64,000 bases of DNA from Pyrinomonadaceae bacterium (GTDB lineage: Bacteria; Acidobacteriota; Blastocatellia; Pyrinomonadales; Pyrinomonadaceae). Below, one piece after another: positions 48,343 to 58,305 of this stretch. Positions within the stretch are counted from its first letter, which is position 1. Each line of letters begins with the position of its first letter. The DNA is taken from the NCBI GenBank assembly GCA_046313635.1, contig JBKBYA010000001.1, positions 96,001 to 160,000 of the forward strand. The letters are read 5' to 3'. The notes beneath the pieces were generated by a model. The model was not told the DNA's origin. It saw nothing but the letters and a program-made list of their open reading frames with translations, and made no database searches. Position numbers and translations under genes: made by a program.

Positions 48343-49794
48343 ATGAGATCAGACGTACAGCCGGTCCGGATCAAAACGGGCCCAAGATTCAGACCCGTAT
48401 ATCGCTGGCTGATCGTGATCGGCTGCGGGCTTGCGATCGCGACTGCGCCGCGGCCTGAGGGCGTCACCGACGAAGCCTGGCGGCTGTTTGCGATCTTTAT
48501 CGCGACGATCGTCGGCTCGGTCGTGCAGCCTCTGTCGGGGAGCGCGATGGTGCTGCTCGGCGTGATCGCGACGGTCGTGTTTGGAGCGCTCAAGCCGGCG
48601 GACGCGCTTCGCGGCTACAGCGAGCCGGTCGTGTGGCTCGTGCTCGCGGCGTTCTTTCTTGCGTGCGGGATGATCAAGACCGGACTCGGCCGCCGAATTG
48701 CGCTGCTGTTTGTCCGCGCGATCGGCGGCCGTACGATCGGCGTCGGCTACGCTCTGGTCGCGACCGACTTTGTGCTCGCGTCGATGGTGCCGTCAAACGG
48801 CGCGCGTAACGGCGGCGTCGTCATTCCGATCGCGCTCGGCGTCAGCGAAACTTACGACTCGCGGCCCGACGACGGGACGGCAGATCGCTTCGGCGGATTT
48901 TTGATGAATCTGCTTTACCAGTGCGACGTCGTCATCTGCGCGACATTTCTGACCGGGCAGGCATCGAATCTGATCATCGCCGACCTCGCCGCAAAGAATG
49001 CCGGCGTCCAGCTCAGCTATCTCGGCTGGCTCACGGCGGCGATCGTGCCCAGCGTTATCTCGCTCGCTATCGTGCCGCTCGTGATCTACAAGCTCTATCC
49101 GCCCGAGGTGCGCGAGACGCCCGAAGCTCCCGCCTTCGCCGCCGCCGAGCTCGAAAAGCTCGGCCCGATGTCTTTGCACGAAAAGCTAATGCTCGCCGTG
49201 CTCGTCGCCGTCGTCGCGCTCTGGATCTCAAAAGATCACCTGCACTCGATCGACACGGCGATCGTCGCGTTGGCCGGCATCTGCGTGCTGCTCGCCGCAC
49301 GCGTCGTCGAGTGGCGCGACCTGATGGGCGATACCAACGCGTGGTCGGTCTTTATCTGGTACGGCGGGCTGGTCAATATAGCGACCGCGCTGGGCGCGAC
49401 CGGCCTCACAAAGATCTTTGCCGACTCGGCCGCGTCGTACACAGGCGAAATGGCGTGGCCGGCGGCGCTGGCCGTGCTGCTGCTCGTGTACTTTTATTCG
49501 CACTACTTTTTTGCGTCGATCACGGCGCACGTTCTGGCGATGCTCGTACCGTTTCTCGCGGTGACCGCCGCGGTCGGAGCTCCGGCAGGGCTGACGGTAC
49601 TGCTGCTCGCGTACTTCTCAAATTTGAACGCGGGCCTGACGCATTACGGCACGACGCCGGCGCCGATCTATTTCGGGACCGGCTACGTCAGCCAAACGCG
49701 CTGGTGGAAGACGGGCTTTGTGCTCTCGCTGATCAATATCGCGATCTGGACGGGAGCGGGCCTTATCTGGTGGAAGCTGCTCGGATGGTGGTGA
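48343..49794 (+). CDS. DASS-family divalent anion:sodium symporter
   Basis: KTGLGRRIA, PSNGARNGG, HYFFASITAH, THYGTTP. Confidence 0.92.
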   Translation: MRSDVQPVRIKTGPRFRPVYRWLIVIGCGLAIATAPRPEGVTDEAWRLFAIFIATIVGSVVQPLSGSAMVLLGVIATVVFGALKPADALRGYSEPVVWLVLAAFFLACGMIKTGLGRRIALLFVRAIGGRTIGVGYALVATDFVLASMVPSNGARNGGVVIPIALGVSETYDSRPDDGTADRFGGFLMNLLYQCDVVICATFLTGQASNLIIADLAAKNAGVQLSYLGWLTAAIVPSVISLAIVPLVIYKLYPPEVRETPEAPAFAAAELEKLGPMSLHEKLMLAVLVAVVALWISKDHLHSIDTAIVALAGICVLLAARVVEWRDLMGDTNAWSVFIWYGGLVNIATALGATGLTKIFADSAASYTGEMAWPAALAVLLLVYFYSHYFFASITAHVLAMLVPFLAVTAAVGAPAGLTVLLLAYFSNLNAGLTHYGTTPAPIYFGTGYVSQTRWWKTGFVLSLINIAIWTGAGLIWWKLLGWW

Positions 49795-49945
49795 CGGGCT
49801 TTGAGTCGCACCCGACCGCGTAAAGAAAGATCGCCTGATAGGTCGTGCCGGCCTCGATGCGGATCATTGCCGCGCGGCTGCGCCGCAGCGCTGAGCGTAA
49901 GAGCTGACCTCACAAAAACAAAGACCCGAGAACCAAAGACCAAAA

Positions 49946-49979
49946 ACAAAGAGGCCGCCCTTTCAGGCGGCCTCTTTGT
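49946..49979. terminator. Bidirectional terminator
   Basis: ACAAAGAGGCCGCC-CTTTCA-GGCGGCCTCTTTGT between convergent genes. Confidence 0.75.
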
Positions 49980-49997
49980 CGCTGCTCCGGTCCGCTC

Positions 49998-51986
49998 TTA
50001 TTGCGGCACCGATTCGGTCGTCAGATCGCTCGGCTCGTCGATCTTCGCGATCGCGTCAGGGTAGATGACGATCTTGCCTTCGTCCTCGTACTTGCGTCGC
50101 GTCGCGGCGAGGTAGTCGGTAAAGACGCGCGTCCGCTTTTGCTGGAGCATCTGCTCCATCAGCGAGTCGCGCTGCTTGGCAAACTCGTCGTTCGACGGTT
50201 CCTCGCGGTTTTTGACCGCGACGACGAACCAGTTGTCACCGACCATTATCGGCTGTTTGGTGACGTCTCCCGGCTTCATTCCCAGAAGCGCGTTCTCGAG
50301 CTCTTCATTCGTCGATGCCGAAGGGCCCTGCCCGAGCGGCGAGCCGATCGTGAATGCCTTGACGTCCTCGGCCTTAAGACCTTTGGCCGCGGCGGCTGCC
50401 GCAAGAGCGTCGGCGGTCGAGGCACCGGCGGCGATCTGATCGGCGATCTCCTTGAGCTGTGCGTTGGCCTTTTCGATCTTGACGGCCTCGACGACCTGCG
50501 CGCGGACCTCGTCAAACTCCTGATTGCGCGGTTCCTTTTTGTCGACGACCATCGGGATCGCAAATCCGTCCTTGACCGGGATCTTGTCGCCGACGTCCTG
50601 CGGATTCTCCAGCGAGGCGATGCCCTCCTCGAACTGCGGCGAGATGCCGATATTCGGCACGTCGTCGCCCGGCTTGATGTAGCCGGTCTCGCGGATCATC
50701 TCGGCCGTGGACATATTTGCCTGCGGCGCAAACTGCTGTGCTACGGCCTGGATGTCCTTGTTCTGCTTGAGAGCCTCGGCGATCTTGCCGGCGAGCTCGG
50801 CGGCGACCGAGTACGCCCGGCGATTGCGGAGCGAGACCTCGATCTCCTTCTTTGCGTCCTCGAACGTCTTTGGCACGTCCTCGCCGCGGCGGAGAATAAA
50901 GTATCTGCCCTGGTAGCTGATCGGCTCGGTGATCTCGCCCGGCTTCATCTTGAGCAGACGCTGGTAGGGGTCGTCGGGCTTTGAAGGATTTTCCTTGACC
51001 GGGCCGCGGAGCTTGCCGCCGGCGGGCGCCGAGATCGGATTTTCTGAAAAGCCCTTGGCCACCTCTGCAAATTTCTCCTCAGACACGGTGGGTGACGAAC
51101 CGTCGCCCTTCAGCTTGCCGATGATCTCGTTCGCCTTTTCGAGCGCCTGGCCCTCCATCTCGGGCTTCGGGATGCGGACGACGATCTCCTGTCCGAGCAC
51201 GCCGGCCTTGCGCTTTTCCTCGGGCAGCTTGTCGTACTCGGCCCGCAGGTCGGCGTCAGACAGCGGGAGTTTTTCGCCGATCTTGGTCGTGTTGACAAAG
51301 ATGTACTTGATCTTTTTTTGCGGGACGCTGATGTAGTAGCTGTTCTTGTTGTTCTCGTAGTACTGCCGCAGCTCGTCCTCGGTCGGCGTTATCTTTGCCG
51401 CGAGGTCGCTCGGGTTGACCACGACGTAAGCGAGATCAAACTTGGTGTTCTTTTTCTTAAAGTCGTTGAGCAGTTCCTCTTCAGATACCGAGACGCCCGC
51501 CGTCAAAAAAGCCTCGAGCTTTTGCGCGCTGAGATTGTCGCGAAGGTTCTGCTCGTAGGCCGCGACGCTGCCGGCCTGCTCGACCGCGTACTGCTCGTAG
51601 CGGGCGCGATCGACGGTCGTGCCGTCCGGATTCTTGAGCTGCTCTCGCAGGGCGGCGGCTACTTCGGCATCGGTCGCCGTCAGGCCGAGACGCTCGGCCT
51701 CGACCCGCGTGATCCGGCTCGTGATCAGACCGTTGAGCATCATCCGCGCCGGAAACGCCTGGCCGCGGCTGAACTGGCTGTAGCTCTCGCGCTGCCGGAC
51801 GATCTCGCCGACGGTGATCTTTTCTCCGGCGACCTTGGCGGCGGTCTCCTCGCTGCGGGCGAGGTTAAGCGCCATGTTGTTTCGGGTCGGAGCGTAAAAG
51901 AAGACAAGCGAAGCGACCATCAGCAGGCCGAAAAGCAGAAGAACGAAATTGCGCGTCTTCTCGAGACGGGTGAAAAACTTTAGCAT
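49998..51986 (-). CDS. PpiD/SurA-like peptidyl-prolyl isomerase chaperone
   Basis: N-terminal TM, SurA-N-like region, parvulin-like FAEVAKGFSE...GG.L. Confidence 0.8.
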   Translation of the reverse strand: MLKFFTRLEKTRNFVLLLFGLLMVASLVFFYAPTRNNMALNLARSEETAAKVAGEKITVGEIVRQRESYSQFSRGQAFPARMMLNGLITSRITRVEAERLGLTATDAEVAAALREQLKNPDGTTVDRARYEQYAVEQAGSVAAYEQNLRDNLSAQKLEAFLTAGVSVSEEELLNDFKKKNTKFDLAYVVVNPSDLAAKITPTEDELRQYYENNKNSYYISVPQKKIKYIFVNTTKIGEKLPLSDADLRAEYDKLPEEKRKAGVLGQEIVVRIPKPEMEGQALEKANEIIGKLKGDGSSPTVSEEKFAEVAKGFSENPISAPAGGKLRGPVKENPSKPDDPYQRLLKMKPGEITEPISYQGRYFILRRGEDVPKTFEDAKKEIEVSLRNRRAYSVAAELAGKIAEALKQNKDIQAVAQQFAPQANMSTAEMIRETGYIKPGDDVPNIGISPQFEEGIASLENPQDVGDKIPVKDGFAIPMVVDKKEPRNQEFDEVRAQVVEAVKIEKANAQLKEIADQIAAGASTADALAAAAAAKGLKAEDVKAFTIGSPLGQGPSASTNEELENALLGMKPGDVTKQPIMVGDNWFVVAVKNREEPSNDEFAKQRDSLMEQMLQQKRTRVFTDYLAATRRKYEDEGKIVIYPDAIAKIDEPSDLTTESVPQ

Positions 51987-52247
51987 CTGTTAATACCTGA
52001 ACTAGTTCTGGGATCGTGTTCGGACAAAACGCGATTCTAGCAAAACTCCGAACGCCTAATCCAACGCGACAACCCTTTTTCAGGCCGTGCGAAAGCGAAT
52101 TTTACGGCCTTGCGGGACGGAGGCGTGCATTAACGCCCGACGCTGCAGACGGCGGCCGGAGCTGCCCGAGGATCCGCCGCCCGTGCCGCTTGCGGAGACC
52201 GGCTCTGTTGATCAATCATTAAGCCGTCCTCCCGTTCGCGACAGATC

Positions 52248-53132
52248 ATGGCAGGCAGCGAGATCAAAACCGTCGGCGTCGTCGTCAAGCCCGATCACGA
52301 AGAGGCTTGGCGCACGGCGTGCGAGCTCTCCGAATGGCTCGCCGGCCGAGGCGTCGAGGTGGTCGGCGAGCAGCCGTACGCTTCACGGTTCGAGCACGGC
52401 GCCGACGCCTGCGATATAGAGATCGAGCGCGCCGAGGAGTTTGCCTCACGGTGCGATCTGATCGTCGTGCTCGGCGGCGACGGCACGATGATCTCGACCG
52501 CGCGTCTCGTCGGCGATCACGACCCGCTCGTGCTCGGCATCAACTACGGCAGTCTCGGCTATTTGACCGAATTTCGAATCGAGGAGATGTTCAGTGCCCT
52601 CGAGGCGATACTTGCGGGCAATTTCAGGGTCGACCGCCGCGTGATGCTTACGGCCGAGCAGCGGCGCGGCGACAAGATCATCGCCCGCGGCCGCATCCTT
52701 AACGATGTTGTCATCAACAAGTCGGCGCTGGCTCGCATCATCGAGATCGAGGCCGATCTTGACGGGCTCTACGTCAACTCGTTCCGCGCCGACGGCCTGA
52801 TCGTCGCGACGCCGACCGGCTCCACCGCCTACAACCTCTCGGCCGGCGGACCGATCATCTACCCTTCGATGAACGCGGTGGTCGTCACGCCGATCTGCCC
52901 ATTTACGCTGACCAACCGGCCGATCGTCATTCCTGACACTTCCGAGATCGAGCTCCGCCTGCTCAACGAGAACGAAGGTGTAGTCCTCACGCTCGACGGC
53001 CAGATCGGCTACTCGATGAACTCCGGCGACCGCGTACGCATACGCAAAAGCCGGACGACATTCAACCTTGTCGAGCCGCCCAACCGGAACTACTTCGACG
53101 TGCTGAGAAACAAATTGAAGTGGGGACGGTGA
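52248..53132 (+). CDS. nadK: NAD kinase
   Basis: LGGDGT, LGYL, ND, DGLIVATPTGSTAYNLSAGGP. Confidence 0.96.
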   Translation: MAGSEIKTVGVVVKPDHEEAWRTACELSEWLAGRGVEVVGEQPYASRFEHGADACDIEIERAEEFASRCDLIVVLGGDGTMISTARLVGDHDPLVLGINYGSLGYLTEFRIEEMFSALEAILAGNFRVDRRVMLTAEQRRGDKIIARGRILNDVVINKSALARIIEIEADLDGLYVNSFRADGLIVATPTGSTAYNLSAGGPIIYPSMNAVVVTPICPFTLTNRPIVIPDTSEIELRLLNENEGVVLTLDGQIGYSMNSGDRVRIRKSRTTFNLVEPPNRNYFDVLRNKLKWGR

Positions 53133-53153
53133 GGTAGCTTGCGAGAAATTCAA

Positions 53154-53227
53154 ACAGGATGGACAGGATAGACAGGATAGACAGGATGGCGAATGAAAAC
53201 GCCGATCTTGTTCATCCTGTCCATCCT
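53154..53227. repeat. Inverted 9-mer repeat hairpin
   Basis: (GACAGGATA)-like x4 versus ATCTTGTTC ATCCTGTCC ATCCT. Confidence 0.8.
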
Positions 53228-53245
53228 TTTTGAATTCCCGTCGCC

Positions 53246-53608
53246 TTAACCAAACAGCGTCGGCCGGTCTTCCTCCGGCAGGTAATCTACCGGCTGCCAG
53301 AGATATCTGGCGAGATCGCAGCGTCCGCGGGCGTCGAATTCGATCCCTTCGGACTCGAGCATTTGCTGCTGGAGGTTTACGGGCATCGTCAGCCGGCCGG
53401 TCGAGCAGGCGCCTTGAGCGTTGATGACGCGCTGCCAGGGCACGTTCTCGCTGTCGGCTCCGTACATCACGTAACCGACGGTGCGGGCGGTGTAGCCTTC
53501 GCCGAGGATCTCGGCGATCTGGCCGTAGGTCATCACGCGGCCGGGCGGAATGCGGCGGACGATCGCATAGACCTTTTCGCGATAATTTTTTTCGTTGACG
53601 AGTGCCAT
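53246..53608 (-). CDS. Alkyltransferase-like (Atl/YbaZ) protein
   Basis: IPPGRVMTYGQIA, ARTVG, PWQRV (Trp in place of catalytic Cys). Confidence 0.88.
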   Translation of the reverse strand: MALVNEKNYREKVYAIVRRIPPGRVMTYGQIAEILGEGYTARTVGYVMYGADSENVPWQRVINAQGACSTGRLTMPVNLQQQMLESEGIEFDARGRCDLARYLWQPVDYLPEEDRPTLFG

Positions 53609-53644
53609 GACCGTGCCGAATCGATCGCGTCGAACATTAGGATG

Positions 53645-53760
53645 TTTGCCACGAATTGCACGAATGACACGAATGAAAGATCTCGCTCAATTGCGATGAC
53701 GGGTGAAGCTAAGACGGCAGGGCAACGGATCGAGAGACCATTCGTGACATTCGTGGCAAA
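53645..53760. repeat. Inverted 9-mer repeat hairpin
   Basis: TTTGCCACGAATTGCACGAATGACACGAAT versus ATTCGTGACATTCGTGGCAAA. Confidence 0.8.
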
Positions 53761-53769
53761 AAAACTTCT

Positions 53770-54402
53770 TCAGCGCCGCAGTATCGTCCTTGCCGGAGCG
53801 CCGTCGCCCTCGCCGCCGGTGTATTTGAGCGGCAGGCAGATCAGCTCGTAATCGCCCGGCTCGACGGCCCTGAGATCGACGCCCTCAAGGATGACGACCT
53901 CGCGCTCGAGCAGCGCGATGTGCGTCGCAAAATCCGCCGAGCCAAACGCCTCGACCGACAAATAATCGATCCCGACAAGCCTCGCCCCGCCCGAGGCGAG
54001 CACGCGCGCGGCCTCGGGCGTGAGGTAGGTAAAGTCCGTGCGGAATCCTCGCTCAGGCTCGTTCCAGAATTGGGAGTTTCGCGTTTTGAACAAAACTCGC
54101 TCCGCACCGGCCGCGGCGCGCAGGTGACCGGTCGAGATCGCGTCGACCGAATCATCGATCTCGACGACGCGGCATGGGCCGATGAGTCTCGAGAGATCGA
54201 GCTCGTCGACGCGGCGCGTGCCGTCGATAAAGTGATTCGGCGCGTCGACGTGCGTGCCGGTATGCACGCCGCAGCAGAGCTGCGTGACATTGGCCGGCGC
54301 GCCGTCGGCGATCCGCATAAAGCTGTCGACCCGCGCCTCCGGGTCGCCCTTGTAGATCGGCACGTCACTGCTGACCGGGACCGTGATGTCGAAGAATTGC
54401 AT
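53770..54402 (-). CDS. Cyclase family / kynurenine formamidase-like
   Basis: HTGTHVDAP, VGIDYLS, ILEG, DGAPAR. Confidence 0.9.
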   Translation of the reverse strand: MQFFDITVPVSSDVPIYKGDPEARVDSFMRIADGAPANVTQLCCGVHTGTHVDAPNHFIDGTRRVDELDLSRLIGPCRVVEIDDSVDAISTGHLRAAAGAERVLFKTRNSQFWNEPERGFRTDFTYLTPEAARVLASGGARLVGIDYLSVEAFGSADFATHIALLEREVVILEGVDLRAVEPGDYELICLPLKYTGGEGDGAPARTILRR

Positions 54403-54569
54403 TGGAGCCAAAAGCAGAACGCGGCGATCAGACCGCCGCGCGGCGTCATCAAACAAACTCGCTCGTACCCGAGGAGATTAATTGAAAAAGATTCGGCAAA
54501 CAACATTTGCCATCCGGCATCGCCGGTCGGTACGCTGAAATTACGAACCTTATAAAAGTGATCATTGTT

Positions 54570-54869
54570 ATGGAAATCAAGCGAGAAGAACACGGGCGCC
54601 ACGGCGCATTTTTTATCGAAGAGAACGGCGAATGGATCGCCGAGATGTCATACATCAAGCAGGGCCTCGGGACCATCATCATCGACCACACCGAGGTTGA
54701 CGAAAAGCTCCGCGGACAGGGCGTCGGCGAGCAGCTCGTCAAAGAGGCCGTCGAGTACGCACGCAGCAACAACATCAAGATCAAGCCCGTCTGCCCTTAC
54801 ACACGGCGCGTGATCGACGAGAACGCGGATTATCAGGACGTCGTCGCTCACGAGGCCGCCGCGGGTTAA
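54570..54869 (+). CDS. YjdJ-like GNAT acetyltransferase
   Basis: IIDHTEV...LRGQGVG, PVCPY. Confidence 0.88.
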   Translation: MEIKREEHGRHGAFFIEENGEWIAEMSYIKQGLGTIIIDHTEVDEKLRGQGVGEQLVKEAVEYARSNNIKIKPVCPYTRRVIDENADYQDVVAHEAAAG

Positions 54870-54963
54870 AGGTCGGTCGATGCATTTTTAGAAGAAGGGT
54901 CGAGAGCCGCGTCTCTCGGCCCTTGTTTTTTATACCTTCGCCTTTATCCCTTATTCTTTAGTC

Positions 54964-55824
54964 GTGCGCATTTCGGCCTCGAGCTACTCAAACACGGCAC
55001 CGCTGATCTGGAGCTTTCTCTACGGGTCAAATCACGGCATGGCCGAGATCATCCTCGACAACGCGCCGGCGCGCTCGGCCGAGCTGCTCTCGCAGGACCG
55101 AGTTGACGCGGCTCTCGTGCCGGTCTTTGCATACCAGTCGATCGACGGTGTGAAACTCGTACCTGACGTCTGCGTCGGGGCACGCGAGCGCGTGCGGAGC
55201 GTGCGGCTGATCTCGCGCGTCGACGACCTGCGAGAGGTCCGCTCAGTCGCGCTCGACACGTCGTCGCGGACGTCGGCAGCGCTGGTCAAGATCATCTTTC
55301 GCGAGTTTATCGGCGTCGAGCCCGAATGGCGGCCGGCCGAGCCGGACGTAACAACGATGCTTGAGACAAATGACGCCGCGCTCGTGATCGGCGACCCGGC
55401 GCTGAGGATTTCGGATTTCGGATTTCGGATTTCGGATTTAAAAAGCTCGGAGACCCACGCTCTGTCGCACGACACCGAAAATCCGCAATCCGCAATCCGA
55501 GATCCGAAATCCTACGACATGGCCGAGCTCTGGCGTTCATTCACCGGTCTCGGGTTTGTCTTTGCGATGTGGATGACGCGGCGTGATACTCTTGCGGTCG
55601 ACTTTGCCGCCGCACGCGACGAGGGCCTCGCTCACGTGGACGCGATTATCTCCAATTACGAATCCGACATCCCGCTCAACCGCAATTCGATGCGCGAGTA
55701 CCTGACACGCGATATCTCATACACCATCGACGAAAGCATGAGCGCGGGCCTCCAAAAATACTTTGAGCTGGCGCATAAGCACCAGCTCATCGATCGAAAC
55801 AAACCCCTCGAATTTATCGACTGA
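54964..55824 (+). CDS. mqnA: Chorismate dehydratase (futalosine pathway), with repeat insertion
   Basis: YSNTAPL, VRSV, DTSSRTS, LVIGDPAL, W..FTGL.FVFAMW; near mqnC. Confidence 0.88.
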   Translation: MRISASSYSNTAPLIWSFLYGSNHGMAEIILDNAPARSAELLSQDRVDAALVPVFAYQSIDGVKLVPDVCVGARERVRSVRLISRVDDLREVRSVALDTSSRTSAALVKIIFREFIGVEPEWRPAEPDVTTMLETNDAALVIGDPALRISDFGFRISDLKSSETHALSHDTENPQSAIRDPKSYDMAELWRSFTGLGFVFAMWMTRRDTLAVDFAAARDEGLAHVDAIISNYESDIPLNRNSMREYLTRDISYTIDESMSAGLQKYFELAHKHQLIDRNKPLEFID

Positions 55825-55827
55825 ACG

Positions 55828-55929
55828 TCAGCGGGCCAGTCCCTGAGTCACAAACAACCAAACTGCCGTCGCGACAAAAAGCACCAGCCCAAAGTCGGTC
55901 GAACCGAATTGATATTCATTATTCCGCAT
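55828..55929 (-). CDS. Putative 33-aa single-TM small protein (not in ORF track)
   Basis: GGGAGGG upstream; MRNNEYQFGSTDFGLVLFVATAVWLFVTQGLAR. Confidence 0.5.
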   Translation of the reverse strand: MRNNEYQFGSTDFGLVLFVATAVWLFVTQGLAR

Positions 55930-56054
55930 AACGCCCTCCCTTTTCGCAACCACCGTGCCTTTGGAACAACACGCGAAGGATCAACGACTTCCGTATCGCG
56001 TGGCGTGACCGTGTTCGGTCTGGATACATCAATTTGAGCGAGGTCGCACTCCGT

Positions 56055-56137
56055 AATAACTGAAAACTGATAGCTGATAACTGAGAACGGCAGTTCAGAT
56101 CCAGTTATCAGCTATCAGTTCTCAGTTCTCAGTTATT
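56055..56137. repeat. Near-perfect inverted heptamer hairpin
   Basis: AACTGAAAACTGATAGCTGATAACTG versus CAGTTATCAGCTATCAGTTCTCAGTT. Confidence 0.88.
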
Positions 56138-56146
56138 TCGGAGATC

Positions 56147-56677
56147 TTAAAATCGCGGCCGGCGCATCTCGTGATACAGCTTTTCGCCGTCGATGCGGCC
56201 TTCATTCTCCTTGAGATGCTCGGCGGCGATCAGGGCGCGGTGAATGCGCAGGTCGACGTCCTTGCCCTTGGCGACGAGCCATATGAGCGAGCGCTGCTTG
56301 CCGGGCGTCAGCGCGTGAAAGAGGCGGTCGGCTGCGGGGTCCTGCCGCAGGACCTCTTCAAATTCCTCGGGCATCTCGAGGCCGTATTTGCTCTCGTCGG
56401 GCCTCAGCTCGACCGCGACCTCGTGGCCGTGAAAGATGCCCAACCGCGAGCGGACAGCCTTGTTGACCATGATGTAAAATCCGCCGCCCGTCGGCATCAG
56501 CGCGCATTGAAAGGTCTCTTTGCCGTTGAGGGTGCACACGACGCGGCGCGACTTGCCGTCCAGCGCCGGAAACCGCTCGCCCGTCTCGCGCGAAACAGGT
56601 ATAAAATGCCAGCCCGTGCCGCCCCCTGACGAGTCGAGCACGGCGGTGAATTTGACGGTCTTTGCAGCTCTCGGCAT
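56147..56677 (-). CDS. DUF1905 / YdeI-OmdA domain protein
   Basis: RRVVCTLNG, MPEEF, FHALTPGKQR. Confidence 0.8.
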   Translation of the reverse strand: MPRAAKTVKFTAVLDSSGGGTGWHFIPVSRETGERFPALDGKSRRVVCTLNGKETFQCALMPTGGGFYIMVNKAVRSRLGIFHGHEVAVELRPDESKYGLEMPEEFEEVLRQDPAADRLFHALTPGKQRSLIWLVAKGKDVDLRIHRALIAAEHLKENEGRIDGEKLYHEMRRPRF

Positions 56678-56788
56678 AACACATTCGGGCCGCGGCCGCG
56701 ATATTAAACGGCAGGGCCTTTTGTTAGAATCATATTTCAGCCGGCCGCGAGGCAAAGCCTGACGCGCGACTCGGATCTCAAAGGTCTT

Positions 56789-56850
56789 ACTTTGCGTCTT
56801 TGCTCCTTTGCGGGAGATATTTCCCGCAAAGACGCAAAGATCGCAGAGAA
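56789..56850. repeat. Inverted 8-mer repeat hairpin just upstream of mqnC
   Basis: CTTTGCGTCTTTGCTCCTTTGCGGGA versus TCCCGCAAAGACGCAAAGATCGCAGAG. Confidence 0.75.
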
Positions 56851-56864
56851 GACGACGCAGCGAA

Positions 56865-58010
56865 ATGGAAAAAAGCATTCAGCCCATCCTCGACAAAGCG
56901 CTCGCGGGCGAGCGGCTCTCGATGGACGACTGCACGGCGCTTTTGGAGTCGAACGACTTTGTCCGCATCGGTCTTGCCGCCCACGAGGTCAGGATGCGCA
57001 AAAATCCGTCTGACGTCGTCACGTACATCATCGACCGCAACATCAACTACACGAATGTCTGCAACGTCGTCTGCACATTCTGCGCGTTCTACCGCCGGCC
57101 GGGCAAGCCCGACACGTACGTGCATTCGATGGACGAGATCTGCAAGCGGATCGACGAGACGATCGCCCTCGGCGGCACCGGCGTGCTGATGCAGGGCGGG
57201 CTGCATCCGGACTTTAATATCGAGTGGTACGAGGAGCTGCTCTCGACCCTGCATGCGAAGTATCCCGACTTCCAACTGCACTGCTTTTCGCCGCCCGAGA
57301 TCCACAACATCTCGCTCATCAGCGGTCTCGATTACGAGACGATATTGAGGAGATTGAAAGCCGCGGGCCTCTACTCGATGCCCGGCGGCGGCGGCGAGAT
57401 ACTAGACGACGAGGTGCGAAAGCGCGTCTCGACCAAATGCACCACGCAGGAGTGGCTTGACGTGATGCGGGCCGTGCACAACGTAGGATTGCGTTCGACC
57501 GCGACGATGATGTTCGGCATCGGCGATCGTGTCGAGCACCGCGTCCGTCATCTGCAGCGCGTTCGCGATCTGCAGGACGAGACAGGCGGATTCACGGCCT
57601 TTATCCCCTGGACCTTTCAACGCGAAAACACCGCCCTCGGCCGCAAGATCACCGAGGAGCCGACCGGCATCGATTATCTAAAGATGCTCTCGGTCTCGCG
57701 CCTGTTTCTCGACAACATCCAGCACATTCAATCGTCCTGGCTCACGCAGGGACTAAAACTCGGCCAGGTCGCCCTCCGCTTCGGAGCCGACGATATGGGC
57801 TCGATCATGATCGAAGAGAATGTCGTCTCGGCCGCCGGCGCTCACAACGAGGCGGGCGAACGCGAGCTCCGCTACCAGATCCGCGAGGCCGGATTCATCC
57901 CGCAGCAGCGCGACATCCTTTACGAATACGTCAACCGCAACAACGTCGACGACCTCGACCGCAAAGACTCGATGCCGCTCAAGCAACTGAGCGTGGCATT
58001 CGCGGACTAA
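56865..58010 (+). CDS. mqnC: Cyclic dehypoxanthinyl futalosine synthase (radical SAM)
   Basis: DRNINYTNVCNVVCTFCAF, MQGGLHP, PGGGGEIL, AFIPWTFQ, EENVVSAAG. Confidence 0.93.
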   Translation: MEKSIQPILDKALAGERLSMDDCTALLESNDFVRIGLAAHEVRMRKNPSDVVTYIIDRNINYTNVCNVVCTFCAFYRRPGKPDTYVHSMDEICKRIDETIALGGTGVLMQGGLHPDFNIEWYEELLSTLHAKYPDFQLHCFSPPEIHNISLISGLDYETILRRLKAAGLYSMPGGGGEILDDEVRKRVSTKCTTQEWLDVMRAVHNVGLRSTATMMFGIGDRVEHRVRHLQRVRDLQDETGGFTAFIPWTFQRENTALGRKITEEPTGIDYLKMLSVSRLFLDNIQHIQSSWLTQGLKLGQVALRFGADDMGSIMIEENVVSAAGAHNEAGERELRYQIREAGFIPQQRDILYEYVNRNNVDDLDRKDSMPLKQLSVAFAD

Positions 58011-58104
58011 ACTATTCTTAAAGCGTCGCGGTCAAACAAGAAGCGCTAAATAAGAGTTGATCGTGTGATATATAATCCGGTTTGGACGAGGCCGCACGAC
58101 CAAT

Positions 58105-58305
58105 ATGTCGAACGTAAAGGAGATCGAATCAGCCGTACGGCAGTTGTCGCGTGAAGAGCTCAATGCGTTCCGCACATGGTTCGAGGAGTTTGACGCCGAC
58201 GCCTGGGATCGCCAGCTGGAAGAAGATGTCGCAGCGGGCCGTTTGGATTCTCTCGCCGAAGAAGCTCTCAGCGATCTAAACGAAGGGCGGTGCATCGACC
58301 TGTGA
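58105..58305 (+). CDS. Putative antitoxin
   Basis: 66 aa acidic, WDRQLEEDVAAGRLD; GTGA overlap with next gene. Confidence 0.75.
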   Translation: MSNVKEIESAVRQLSREELNAFRTWFEEFDADAWDRQLEEDVAAGRLDSLAEEALSDLNEGRCIDL

